Made by a program: the position numbers and the translations under genes. From Scenedesmus sp. PABB004 (lineage: Eukaryota), in assembly GCA_014905635.1 (NCBI GenBank), contig JABVCE010000013.1, forward strand, positions 1,116,001-1,180,000: a stretch of DNA of 64,000 nucleotides, in the 5' to 3' direction. This document shows, piece after piece, positions 10,892 to 22,736 of this stretch (the first letter of the stretch is position 1; each line of letters starts with the position of its first letter). Under the pieces are notes generated by a model. The model was not told where the DNA came from and did no database searches. It worked only from the letters and a program-made list of their open reading frames with translations.

Positions 10892-12953
10892 ATGGCGCAC
10901 CACCACCGCGGCGCCGGCGGCGGCCCCGACCCCTACCTGGTGGCCACCACCAAGCTGGGGCACGACTGGAGCGCCAACCGCGCCGTGCCGCACGTCTCGG
11001 GCGCCTGGCTCGAGGCGCTGCTCGCCGACGAGCGCTGGCCGGGCGTGGAGCCGATGCTCAAGCTCCGCCTGCTCCTGGCGGGCCTGGTGGCGGCGGGGCA
11101 GGTCTCCGCGCGCGCCCCGGGGCACGCCGCCACGAGCGCGGTCGCGGCGGCCGAGCTCGTCGAGGCGCTCGGCGCGCTGCAGCGCAGCCTCGCGGGCGAC
11201 GCGGACGAGTGGCTCAAGGTCATGTCTGCCGCGGCCGGCCGCTGCGACGGCCGGCTGGAGCTGGAGCCCGCGATGGAGGCGTCGCCCGCGGTGCGGCGCG
11301 CGGCGGCACGGGCGCAGCGCGCCGGGCGGCGGCGCCGCCGCAGCGACGCCCGCCACCGGCCGCGCGTGCACCCGGCTGACCGCGCACGCGCGCGCGCGCC
11401 CTCGCCGCCGCCGCCGCGCTGCTGCAGATGGCTGAGACGATGGCCGCGCTGCGCCAGGCGGTCGGCGAGTCGGCCAACCAGGCGCTGTTTCCGCCGCTGG
11501 AGGTGCGGCGCGGCGCGCGGCGCGCGCGGTGCCGCCGCGCGGCCCGGTCGTTGAATCCCGCGCGCGCGCGCCCCGCCGCCCGCAGGACGCGTTCCTGCGC
11601 GTGAACCCGCCGCCGCCCGACCCCGGCGCGCCGCACTTTGCGCTGCGGGCCGCGCCGCGCGTGCAGCCGCTGACCAGCAGCGTCAGCTACGCGACCGCCA
11701 CGCCGCCGCCGCCGACGCTGGCCAGCCCGCGGCAGCCGGGTGCGCGCGGCTGCGGCGCGGCGCGGCGCCGCCGCGGCCGCTGCCGCTTGGGGCGCCGCTG
11801 ACGCCCGGGGGGCCCGCCCGTCCGCCCGGCGGCGGCGCGCGCGCAGGGGAGCACCACGGCGCCACCTTTCTGCGACCGACGCCACGGGCCAATGCGCGCG
11901 GCGGGCTGGTGCGTGCGCAGGCGTGCTGCGCGGCGCGGCGCCCGCCCCGCGGGGCAGCGCCCGACCGCGCCCGCCCCGCGCCCGCGCACACACAGGAGCG
12001 CGCCCCGTCTGGCTTGGCGGCGGCGGCGGCGGCCGCGGCGGCGGGCGCCGGCGCCAGCGCCGGCACGCCGGTGCTGGCACGCAGCAAGTCTGGCCTGGCG
12101 CCCAAGGCCCAGAAGATCCAGCTGCTCGGCGCGGAGGAGCAGCGTGAGATGCAGGACGTGCTGAGCAAGAGCCTGCGGGCCAAGGGCCACGGGTGCGCGC
12201 GGCGCGGCGGCGACGGCGGCGACGGCACCGCGGCGCGGGCGCCGCCGCTGCGTGCGGCTTGAGCCACCCCCGTCCTGCCCCGCCCCGCGGCGCCCCGCCG
12301 CAGCGTCGCGGTGAGCGTGCGGCACGAGGCGGTGCCCGGCCACGAGCTGCGCCCGCGCGGCGCGTCCGAGAGCGGCGCCGGCCGCGGCGGCGGCGGCGGC
12401 GGCGGCGAGCGCGCCGGCGGCGCCGGCGACGTGGTGCTGCGGCAGCTGGAGCAGGAGGGCGGCGTGCTGCAGCGCGCGGGCTCGGGCAGCAGCGACGGCG
12501 GCGGCGGCGGCGAGCCGGGGCCGTCCGCGGCGGCAGCAGGCGTGACGGACGCCCAGATTGATGAGCTCTTTGATGACTCTGGCTCGGGCTCAGGCTCAGA
12601 GCCAGAGGATGAAATCATGGACGCGGCGCGCGCGGCGGCGGCGGCGGCGGCGGCGGGCGCGGGCCGGCGGCGCGCGCCGCGCCGCGCGCGCGCTGCGGCA
12701 CGCGGTGCCAGGGGGCGCCGCGCCGCCCGCGGACGGTGCTGCCGCCGCGACGGCGGCGGCGGCGGCGGCGGAGCTTCAGGACGACGGCATGGAGCTGGAC
12801 GCGGAGCTGCAGGACGCGAGCCCGGACGCCGGCGGCGGCGCGCCCGAGGACGGCGACGACGCCGCCGCCGCCGCAGAGCGGGCCGCGGCGCTGGCGGCCA
12901 AGCGCAAGCGGGGGCGGGTGATCATCGATGACGACGACGACGACGACGACTGA
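10892..12953 (+). CDS. NELFA: Negative elongation factor A (NELF-A/WHSC2)-like protein
   Basis: Spliced protein KLGHDWSA..MLKLRLLLAGL..DADEWLKVM..GRLELE..LRQAVGESANQALFPPLEDAFL..HFALRAAP..KIQLL parallels the animal NELF-A N-terminus as I recall it (KLG..W, VKLKLLLG, DSDPWV, LREKVGE..LPLE..YL, HFQLKRKP, VKLL). Acidic tail with a KRKR NLS. Confidence 0.72.
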
Positions 12954-13385
12954 GAGTTACCCGGCGGCCGGTGGGCCGTTCCCGGCACACAGGCAGTGAG
13001 AGAGGCCTCGCGGGCCGAGAGAGAGGCAAAGTTTACGCGAGCGCCTGCCTCGGGGCGGCCGCCCCCAGGCGCTCGGTCATGTGTGTGCAATGCTGCCGCT
13101 CGGTGGGCGTGCCGTTGCCCGCCGAGCATGACCAGCAGCAGCACGACCAGCTGCGGACTGACTCCAAGGAAACCCCGCGACCAGCGCCGCCCCCCCCCCC
13201 CCCCCCCTTCACCACCACGACCAACGTGCCGCCATGTAGTGGCCAGGCTCATCGCGCGCACGCGCCTCCAGCCATGGACCCATGCAGGTCGCGGCTCACC
13301 AGACTGCAGTGCCACTGCGCCGGATCGCCACACCAGATGACCACACCAGAGCCCCCCGCCCACCCGTGCCACGTTCTCGCACGGC

Positions 13386-14657
13386 TCAGTGTTCAGTGTG
13401 CGCGGCGGCGGCGTCCAGCGCCGCCGCCGAATGCGCGGGCCAGCGCCGCAGCCAGCCGGCGAAGACCAGCCAGCACACGACCAGCGGAACATCCAGCAGG
13501 ATGTGGAGCTTGAGCAGCTGTGCGACCACGAAGCCCCTGGACGAGGGCGCCTTGAAGGCGACCGGCACCTCCGGCGACGCACGCAGCGCGGCGCGGCCCG
13601 GCGCCGATGTGTGGATCCACGCCCACTTTGCCGTGAGCTCCGCGAGCGCCACGACCGCTACCGGCAGGCACACGCCCAGCCATATGGCGGCGACGTCCGC
13701 GACTGCGACGCACTGCCCCAGCACCACGCCGCCACACGGCGCGGCGCCGGCACCGGCGCCAGCTGGGCACGCCGCCGCGATGGCGTCGGCCGTGGGCTGC
13801 CACGTGCCGTCCGGCAGCGCGCTCCCCTGGCCGGTGAGCTTGTCCAGGCCAGCCGCGAGCGCCGACAGCAGCGCCGACGTCTCGTGCGACGTCGCGGGGT
13901 CGGCGAGCGCGGCGGCGCAGAAGCGGCGCGTCCAGGTCAGCACGATCACGATCGAGAACGCCCCCGTGAAGGCGAGGACGTGCAGGGAGGGCAGGCGGTG
14001 CATGAGCGCCATGGTGCACGGCATCAGCACGCCCAGCCTGCGGGCGGGGGCGCGGGCGGGCGAGGCGGGGCGGGGCGGGCCACGTCGGCGCGGCGCAGGC
14101 TCCTGCGCCGCGCGGCGATTCCTGCCGGCCGCCGGACGCGGCGCGGCCTGCCCTCCCCCGTCCCGCACACCCACACACCTGAAGAGCAGCGTCGCGAGGC
14201 GCGCCGGCGCCGACCGCTGCCCGCTGTGGCCGAGCACGGGCAGCGACGCCCACACGACCGCGCTGCAGGCCAGCCAGTGCGCCGCGCACAGCAGGCGGCG
14301 GTGCGCGTCGTATGCGGGCCGCCGCCACACGAGCAGCGCGAGCGTGGCGAGCTGCGCGGCCGCGACGGCGGCGGCCGAGAGGCGCACGGCGCGCACGCGG
14401 CCGGGGTCGCCGGTGTAGGACGGCGTCAGCACGTTGCCCACCAGCAGCGCCGTCTTGCACAGCAGCGCCGCGAGGTCGTGCTGCCGCCAGCGCGCCTCCT
14501 GCTGTGCCCAGAACGGCGCCCACGAGAAGCAGGGCCCGCCGCGCTGCTGCTGCTCGAGCGGCCCATCAGCGGCCCACCGCGCTGGTGCCGCCGCCGCTGC
14601 TGCTCCGCTGCTCTGCTCCAGCGGCCCATCACGCGCCGCGGCGCCCTCGCGGTGCAT
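13386..14657 (-). CDS. Hypothetical multi-pass membrane protein
   Basis: Several hydrophobic segments in ORF 13386-14813, one probable in-frame intron (~14038-14178), and a duplicated DGPLEQ near the N-terminus. The start codon is uncertain. Confidence 0.6.
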   Translation of the reverse strand: MHREGAAARDGPLEQSSGAAAAAAPARWAADGPLEQQQRGGPCFSWAPFWAQQEARWRQHDLAALLCKTALLVGNVLTPSYTGDPGRVRAVRLSAAAVAAAQLATLALLVWRRPAYDAHRRLLCAAHWLACSAVVWASLPVLGHSGQRSAPARLATLLFRCVGVRDGGGQAAPRPAAGRNRRAAQEPAPRRRGPPRPASPARAPARRLGVLMPCTMALMHRLPSLHVLAFTGAFSIVIVLTWTRRFCAAALADPATSHETSALLSALAAGLDKLTGQGSALPDGTWQPTADAIAAACPAGAGAGAAPCGGVVLGQCVAVADVAAIWLGVCLPVAVVALAELTAKWAWIHTSAPGRAALRASPEVPVAFKAPSSRGFVVAQLLKLHILLDVPLVVCWLVFAGWLRRWPAHSAAALDAAAAHTEH

Positions 14658-14823
14658 GAGGGCGCCAGCCTGGCCGGCCGGGAGAGCGGACGAGGAGTGG
14701 TGAGCTGCTGAGGCGCGCGGCGAGACTGGCTGCTGCGTTGCGGCGTTGCTAGTGACGCTGCGCCGCGCGGCCGCACGGTGCCCAGGGTTGCCCGCGCCCG
14801 AGCTCAACGGCACCCCCTCCCCC

Positions 14824-17800
14824 TCAACCGCCCGCCGGGACCGGCGCCGCGGCGGCGCGGTACGGCGCGAGCGGGTCGGCCACGGGCCGCACGTCGCCCA
14901 GCGCCGCCTCGGCGCCGCACATCGGGCAGCGCCCCTCCGCCGCCAGGATCGCCGCGAGGCCCGCCCCGCTCGCCGGCATGCGGCACGCCGGGCACTCGCA
15001 CCAGTCCGCGAGCGTCATGCGCTTGCCTGCCTCGCCGCGCGGCGCGCGCGCGCGGGTCACTGGTGGCCGGCGCGCTGCGCGCTGGCTGCGCGGCAGCGGC
15101 AGCGCTGCGGTGACGCGCCGCGGCGGCCGCACCCGTGGCGATGTCGAACGGCAGCTCGCTCTGGCAGCCGACGCACTGCAGCTCCGTGTCGGGGCCGGGC
15201 AGCGCGCAGAAGGGGCAGGGCGCGAGGCCCGGCGGCGGCTCGTCGCCGCGGTCGGGCTTGCGCACCATGAGCTCAATCTTCTTGCGGTGCCGCTCAGAAA
15301 CGGCGGGCCTGGGCACGGCCGGCGCGGGCGCGCACGTGGCGCGCACGTGCTGGCGGGCGCAGGTGCCGCTTGCTGGCGCCGCCGGGCCCGGCCCGGCAGG
15401 GCCCCCCGCGCGCCGCAGCAGCGGGCGCGCCTGTACTCGGGCCGCATCAGCGTGCTCGCGTGCTCAAACGCCGTGCGCCGCAGCCCCGCGCGCGCGCACT
15501 CGATGACGGTGGAGGTGAGGATCGGCACGACGTGCTTGGGGAACCTGCGGCCCCGGCACGGCGCCGTCGTCGCAGCCGCTGGCTGCAGCAGTGCGGCGGC
15601 GCCGGCCCGAGCCGGCGCGGGCGCGCGCGCGCGCCGCCCGTGCGCCCCACCCCCGCGCGCACGCCTGCTGATGCTGCCCGCGACGCGCACGAGCATGCGC
15701 GCCGCGCCGGCGTGGTCGCCGAGGCTGACGAGGCTGCGCACGAGCACGTAGCTGTGCAGCAGCGCGAGGCGGCGCTCCAGCTCGCGCTGCGGCGGCGCGC
15801 CGAGGCCGCGCAGCTGCTGCAGCGTGGCAAAGAGCTTGGCGTGAGCGAGCTTGTAGTTTCCCTCCTCCTGGCGGCGCGCAGGTGGCGAGCGGGCGGGCGG
15901 GCGGGCGTGTGAAGCGGCGCCTCAGCCGGCCCGCCGGCGGGTGCGCGCCCAGTGGCCGCCGCCGAGCGCGGGGCGCGCCTGCTCGCAGCGCGCCAGCTCG
16001 AGCGCGGCCGCCGCCGCGTCGCCGAGCTGCCCGGCCGCCATGTGGAGCCGCAGGCGCAGCGCGTCGCGCGCGGCCGGCGCCAGCCCTGCCGCGCCCTCCA
16101 GCGCGTCGAGTATGGCCGGCGCGAGCCCGGCACGGCGCGACTCCTCCACGAGCGCGACGGCCTTGGCCAACGCGGCCTGCGTGCACACCTGGCGGCACGG
16201 CACGGCGCGGCAAGCGAGCGGCTGGGCCGCTGGGCGGCCACGGCCCGCGGCCGCCCCGACCGTCGCCGCTGCCGCCGCCCGCACCTGCAGGTACAGGCCC
16301 ACCGCGCGTTCGGGCTCGCCGCCGCGGGCCCACATGTCGGCCGCCTGCTCCAGCTCCCCCCTTGCTGCATAGTACTGCGCGACGCGCTGCGCCTCCTCGG
16401 GCGCCTGCGCGGCGGCGCGGTGGGGCTCGGCGGCGGCAGGCGCGCGCCCCGCAGCAGGCTGCCTCACGGCGCTGGATCGCCGCCGCCGCCGCGCGCTGTG
16501 CCGCCGCACCCGCGCGCCATCGGCCACCAGGCGAGCAAAGGCATCCATGGCGCCCTTGGCCGCCGCCACGTCAAACGCCTGGTCCAGCTGGCCCGCGAGC
16601 AGCAGGAACTCGACCGCCAGCGCCGCGTCGCCGGCGGAGAGGCAGTGCCGCGCGACCGCCGCGGCGGCGCCCGTGCTGCGGGTGCGGCGCGCGAGCGCGC
16701 ACGCGCGCGGCGCGTCGCCCAGCCGGTCGAGGCAGAGCTGCACCACCGCGTCGACGTCGCCTGCGCCGCGTGGCGGCCGTGCAGGGGGTGGGCTGCGGGG
16801 CGGCGGGGCGGCCGAGCCGAGCGGCGGGCCCCGGCGCTGCCCCCGCCCGCCGCACCCGCGGCCTCGTACGCGGCCGCCGCGTCGGCCCAGCGCCCCTCCG
16901 CCTCCTTGGCCTTGGCGAACTGCAGCTGCAGCGCGGCGCTCGCGACGCGGGCCATGAGCGGCGCCGCGGCTGCAAAGTTCTTGGCCGCGATGTGGATGCT
17001 CGCCGCCTTCTCCACCTGCCCCGCGCGCTCGTACATCTCAGCCGCCTCGGGCAGCTGCCGCAGGGCCTCCAGGATGGCCCCGCACTCGCGCCACAGGCCG
17101 GGGCTGTCCGCCTGCGCCGTGAGCGCGCGCCCCGCGCGCAGGTCGCCAAGCTGCAGCGTCGTGCGCGCCACGCCCGCGAGGCAGGCCGCCGCGAGCCCGG
17201 GGTCGGCGCCGCTGGCGGACAGCAGGTCCAGCGCCTGCGCGCGGGCGTCACGGGGCGCCGTCGGCGGCGCTGCCGCCGCGCGCGCCGCCGCGCGCGCCCG
17301 CGCGGCGCCGCCTCCCCCGCGCTACCGCACCTGCTGGTAGTGCGTGCGCGCCTCGGCGTGCTCGCCCAGCATCTCCTGCGTCGCCGCGTGCTCCTTGAAC
17401 AGCTCCGGCACGCTGCTCGGTGCGAGCTCCTGCGCGAGCGCGAGCGCCTGCGGCCAGTGCTTGAGGTCGCGCCGCATCTCCAGCGCCGCCATCGGCCGGC
17501 TGCTGCGCAGCAGCAGCTCCTGCGGCACAGCGCGGCGCGAGCAGGGGCTCGGCGTGCGCGCCGCGGCGGCGCGCGGCGCGTGGCTCGCCGCGCAGCTGGC
17601 TCTACGCGCGCACGCACCTGGGCCTGGTTGTAGTCTCGCTCCAGCAGCACCAGCAGGCTGCCGGCCAGCAGGTTGCGGTCCTCCACGCCCGCCAGCGGCT
17701 CCAGGCTGAGCACCATCGCGGCGTCACCGACCTGGCGGCGGCGGCGCGCGCAGGGGGTTGGGCGCGGCCCCTGTTCCCCTCCCCCTCTCCACACGTCTGT

Positions 17801-20800
17801 TGGCAGCCCCCCCCCCCCCCTCCCCCCTGGGCGCACCTGCCGGAACGCGGCGGTGGCCAGCTGCACGTCCAGCGCCTGCATCGCGGCGCCGCCCAGCGCG
17901 CGCCAGCCCTCCGCCGTGCCCAGCGCCGCCGCCGCGGCGCGCGCCTCCTGCAGCCGGTTGAGCTTGACGCAGGCTGCCAGGCTGCGGCACGGCCGCGACG
18001 GCGTCGGCGGCAGCGCAGCCGCCGCGGCCCGCAGCATGCCCCCCCCCCGGCGCGCACCGCACCGCTTTGCGAGCTGCTTCGCGCCGCCGCCGGGCTCGTG
18101 CAGCGGCTTGTGGCTGTCCAGCAGCGAGGCGTCGAGCGCGCCGCTGCTGAGCCGCACGGTGAGCCGGCCGTTGGCCAGCACGACGGGCGTGTGCCCGCGC
18201 GGCAGGCTCGCGGCGCAGAGCGGCTCGAGGCGCTGCCCGCCGACGCTCTGCTGCACAAACGCGTACGCCCAGAGCTCGCCGGCCGCGTTGGCCGCGGCAA
18301 GGACGGCCGCGTCCTCCACGTCCCACAGCACCTGCGGCAACGGTTTGCAGTTGGCGGTTGGCAGCTGGCAGTTTGCAGCTGCCGCGGCAGTTGCCCACGC
18401 GATCGCGCCCTGCCCCACGCGCGCACACCTGCGCCAGCGCGCCCTGGAAGCCCGGCAGCGGCAGGAGCTCGTCGCTGAGCGGGCTGTACATCGCGACCAG
18501 GCCCGACGCGTCCGCCAGCACGCAGCGCGGCCCCGCCGGCTGCGGGTGCAGCGAGAGTATCGTGCCGCCTGGCGGCGCGGCGGGCGCGGTGTGCGGCGGG
18601 TGTGTCAGGCCGCCGGGCCGCCCCCGCGCGGCGGCGCCGCGGCCGCCCGACCGCGCAGCGGCGCCCCCGCGGGCCCGCGTCAGCAACACCGCGCACCCGC
18701 ATGGCGGAACTCGCTGACGAGCGCGAGGCCGCCGCCGTGCAGCATGTGGTACGAGAGCGCGCCGCCCGCGCTCGCGGTCAGCACAAAGTGCTTGGACAGC
18801 GCGGCGGCGACGACCGGGTCGGCGCGCGGCGCGCCCGCCCCGCCGCGCGGCAGGCACAGGTCGGCGCCGCCGTCGTCGTCGTCGCCGGCGTGCTGCACGC
18901 CGCTGCCGCCGCCGCCGGCGGCGCCGCCGGGCGCGATCGGGTGCACCAGCAGCCGGCCGTCTGTGAGCACTGCGGCGTGGCTGGCGTTGAGGTGCACGGC
19001 CGCCACGGCGCCCAGGTAGGTCCGGCGCGACACCAGCCCGACCGGCCCCGCCGCGCCGTGGCTGTAAAACAACACCTGCGCCGGTCGTGCCGGCCGCGGC
19101 GCAAAGGGTCGGGCGCGCCCGCCCCGCCGCGCGCGCCCCGCCGCGCGGCGGCCAGCCAGGCCCCGGTCGCCTGGGCTCAGGGGCCTAAACCGCGCTGCCC
19201 ACCTGGTTGTTCATGCCCACCGCGAGGTGCCCCGGCCCCAGCGCGCACAGCGCCGGCTCGCACGCGACCGCCACGGCCGTCGCGTCGCGGCTCGCCGCGT
19301 CCACGACGGTCACCTCGCCGAGGCTGGTCAGCGCCGCGACGCGGCCGCCATGCGCGGCAAACACGCTCGGCAGCGCCGCCAGGTAGGTCACGAGCATGCC
19401 GCCGCTCGTGCCCACCGACAGCACCTGGCGACGGCACCGCGACGCGTGCGCTTTGTCATTGCTGGCGGCGCGCGCCGCTCGGCGCCGCCGCGCCCGCAGC
19501 GCGCCGCCGGCGCGGCCGCGGCCGCGGCCGCGGCGCAGCCCACCTGGCCGTCCTGGCCCCAGCCGAGGCGCTCCACGCTGTGCCCCGGCGGCAGCTCCAC
19601 GCCCTCGCCCGGCGCCTCGCCGTACGCGGCGCCGACGTCGATGATCTTCACCGCCCGCCCGCCGCCCACCGCGACGCGGCGCAGCGCCTCGCAGTGCGCC
19701 ATGTCGGCCAGCAGCTCCAGCGGGCGGTGGCAGTGAACCTCCTCGCCGATCTCCGTGCTGCGGGCGCGGGCCCCCGCACCAGCGTCGGCGCGCGCGCCGC
19801 GCTCGCCGCGCCGCCGCATGCGAGGCCGCGCGCGCGCGCCAGCGCGGCCGCGCCGGCGTGCCGCGCGCGCGCACCTCAGCGACGAGACCACCACAACCTG
19901 GCCGGACTTGAAGCCGACCATCACGAAGCCGTCCCCAAACCACACGTGCCGCGCCATGCCGCCGTAGTTCTCCTGAAAGGACAGCTCCAGCGCGGCGCCG
20001 CCCGGCGCGGCGGCCCCGCCCTGCGCCGCAGCGGCGGTGGCGGCGGCGGTGGCGGCGGCGGTGACGACGGCGGTGTGCACCACGCCTCGGCCGCTGCTGA
20101 GCTGCGCACTCCACCGTGCGCTTCCGCCGCACGCGTGCCTGCATGATGTGCAGCACCCGCTTGCTGGTGATCAGTGAGAAGCCCCCGTCCTGCAAGCAGC
20201 GGGGCGCGAGAGGCGCGCGTGCCCGGCTCGGCGGCGCGGCTGCCGCCGGCAAGCGCCGGGCACGGCGCTGCGCTGCGCGCGCCCGTGCGCACCAGCTTGG
20301 CGGCGCCGGGCGCGCCGTCGTCGGCCTTGCAGGCCGCCAGCGCCAGCTCGAGCGGCTCGCCCCTGAACGCAAACGACCTGACCGTGTCGCCGCGCTGGTC
20401 GCTCACCGTCACCTGCCGCCGGGCGCGGGCGCGTCGGCGCGCCGTCGCCTGCGCGCACCGTCGCCTGCGCGCACCGCCGCCGGCCGGCGCCCCCGCCCGC
20501 CTGCCGTGGCCGCAGCGCGCCCGGCCGGGCGCACCGTCTTGTCGAGGCCCGCCATTGCGAGCGCGCCGTCGCCGCTCCAGACGCCCAGCGCGACGCGCTT
20601 GGTGTGCTTGCCCACCACCGGCGTGCGGCGGCGCTCGGAGAGGTGGAAGAGCTGCAGGTTGCCCTTCGCCGTCCCCGCCGCCAGCAGCGGCGCCGCGCCC
20701 CGCGCCCACGCGACCATGGTGACCTCCTGAGCCTGCGACCGGGCGGCGGCGGCGCAGCTGCTCCTCAGGCGGCGGCTCGCAGGACGGCGTCAGCGGCGGC

Positions 20801-21458
20801 GCCGCGGGCCCCGCGGCTCCAGCTGGCTCCAGCTGGCTGCGCGCCCGGAAATCGGTGTCCAGCTTCTGCAGCTCCTTGGTGGCGGCGCTCCAGACGTACA
20901 CAAAGCTGCAGCCCGCCGGCAGCGCCGCGAGCAGGTCGCCGGCCTCGTGCCACTGCGGCGCGGCGCCCGCGCGGCGGGCGCGCGTCGGCAGCAGCGGCGG
21001 CGGCCGCCAGGCGCCAGGCTGCCGGCGCGCGCGCCGCGCCGCGCCTGCAGCGCCAGGCAGCTGCAGGCCTTGGGTTCGGCAGGTGTGACCTCCCGCGGGC
21101 CCAGGTGGATCTCCTCGACCAGCTTGCCCTCGCGGTCGTACACGTTGACCGCGCGCTGCCGCCAGGCGCGTTTGCGCGGCCGGCGCCGCGGCGGGCGGGC
21201 GGCAGCGTTCACACGCGCATCGGGGACGCAGCGAGGCCGTCGGGCGCGCCCCGGCGCACCTTGCTGCCCGCCGCGGCGACCAGGGGCAGCCGCGGGCTCC
21301 ACGCGAGCGCGACGGCGCCGTCGCCCAGCTCCGCCGCGCCGACGGACCACAGCTTCCTCTGCGGCCGCGCCGGAAGTGCAATACGCAGTCTGTAAATGCA
21401 ACGCGGGGCGCCCGCGCTGCGGATGCGAGCCGGCGCGGCGGGCGCGGCGCCGCACCAT
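14824..21458 (-). CDS. IFT144: Intraflagellar transport protein 144 (WDR19, IFT-A core)
   Basis: WD40 N-terminus (YDREG, GTAKGNL..RRTPVVGKHTKRV, TVSDQRGDTV), TPR-like middle, and C-terminal FPKHVVPILTSTVIEC..LMRPEYR, KKIELMVRKPD, CPFC..FDIATGKRM..CPMC. Many exons. Confidence 0.95.
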
Positions 21459-22736
21459 CTCGCCCGGTCGGTCAGCGCGCGCTCCCAACCCAGCCCTGCC
21501 GCCGGTTTCAGTGCTCGCTCGCGCTGCGACTGCCGGGGAGCTCAGCGGCGGCAGGGCGGCAGGGCGGCAGGGTTCGGGTTCGGGCGCTGCTGCTGAGGGC
21601 GCTGCGGCGGCCGTCGGCACGGGGCCTCGCGTGTTCGCACGCCACGACCCGGAGCTGCTGCTGGTATTACAGAGGCAGCAGAGCGGCGCCGCCGACCAAC
21701 GAGACGCCCGCGCGCGCACGCGCACGCGCCACGCGCCCCCGCCGCCTGCGTGCGCAGGGGGAGGGGGCGGCCTGTTCAGGGTGGAGAGAGGCGCTAGGCA
21801 AGAAGGGCCGCCGCAAGAAGGAGCTCCCTCCCCGCGCCCGTGCACGCGCGGCACGGCGCGAGAGAGAGAGGCACACAGAGAGAGGGAGGCCCCGGGCGTC
21901 CGGGAGCACCGCGGTCGCGGTCGCGGCAACACGCCAAAGGCCCGCGACAACGTGCAAACGCGCAAGATACAAAACAAAGGCCGCCGCGAGCGCGCGAGCA
22001 GGCCGCGCCGCCGCGCACGCACGGCTGTGCAGGCGGCGGGCGGGCGCCGGCCTGCGGGGCGCGCGTGTCGCAGTCGGCAGCGCGCGTGCCGTCCGGGAAC
22101 CCGCCCGCGCGGCGCGGGTCACGCGATGATCAAACGCCTACGAACACGGGATGCCAAAAAGAGCGCCCCCGCGCCCGCAAAGGGGGGGACTAGCTGGGCC
22201 CTGGGCTGGAGCACGTGCAAGCTGCGGGGAGACGTCGCCCGCGCCGGTCCGGTCGATCAAACGCGCGCCGCCGCCCGTCCCGTGCGCGCGTCACGCAACG
22301 CCATGCCGCCGCCGTCGTCGTGCGTGGGGCGCCGGGCTCCAGCGGTCACCCGGCCCTCCCACGGAGGGTCGGAGGTGCGTGCGGTGTGTGCGTACGAAGG
22401 CGCTGGTCAGCTCACGAATGACGGTGCCTAGTTCCTGGCCCCGGCGCCGCGGTGGGCGACCGTGGCGCGCTGCGCTGGCGCGCGCAGGGGATGACCTGCC
22501 ACAGACCCCGTCCCATGTTCACCTAAGCCCTGCCAGACAAGCGGCCTTGGCGCCGCGACACCCCCGCGCCACGCCCACACACGCGGGGTTGCGCGCCGCC
22601 CACACACCACACACATGAGCCACGCCCGGTCGGCCGCGCGCCGCGCTGGCGGCGCGGCGCGCGGCGGGTGTGGGTTTTATTGGTTTCCTGCGGTGCGCGC
22701 GGCGCCGCTGCCGCTGCGCTGCACGTGCAGCGGGGG

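Noticed and set aside
12960..13385. Possible small Cys-containing gene (MCVQCCRSVG..)
   Set aside because: It lies between convergent 3' ends, is interrupted by a C homopolymer, and has no recognisable domain; more likely UTR.
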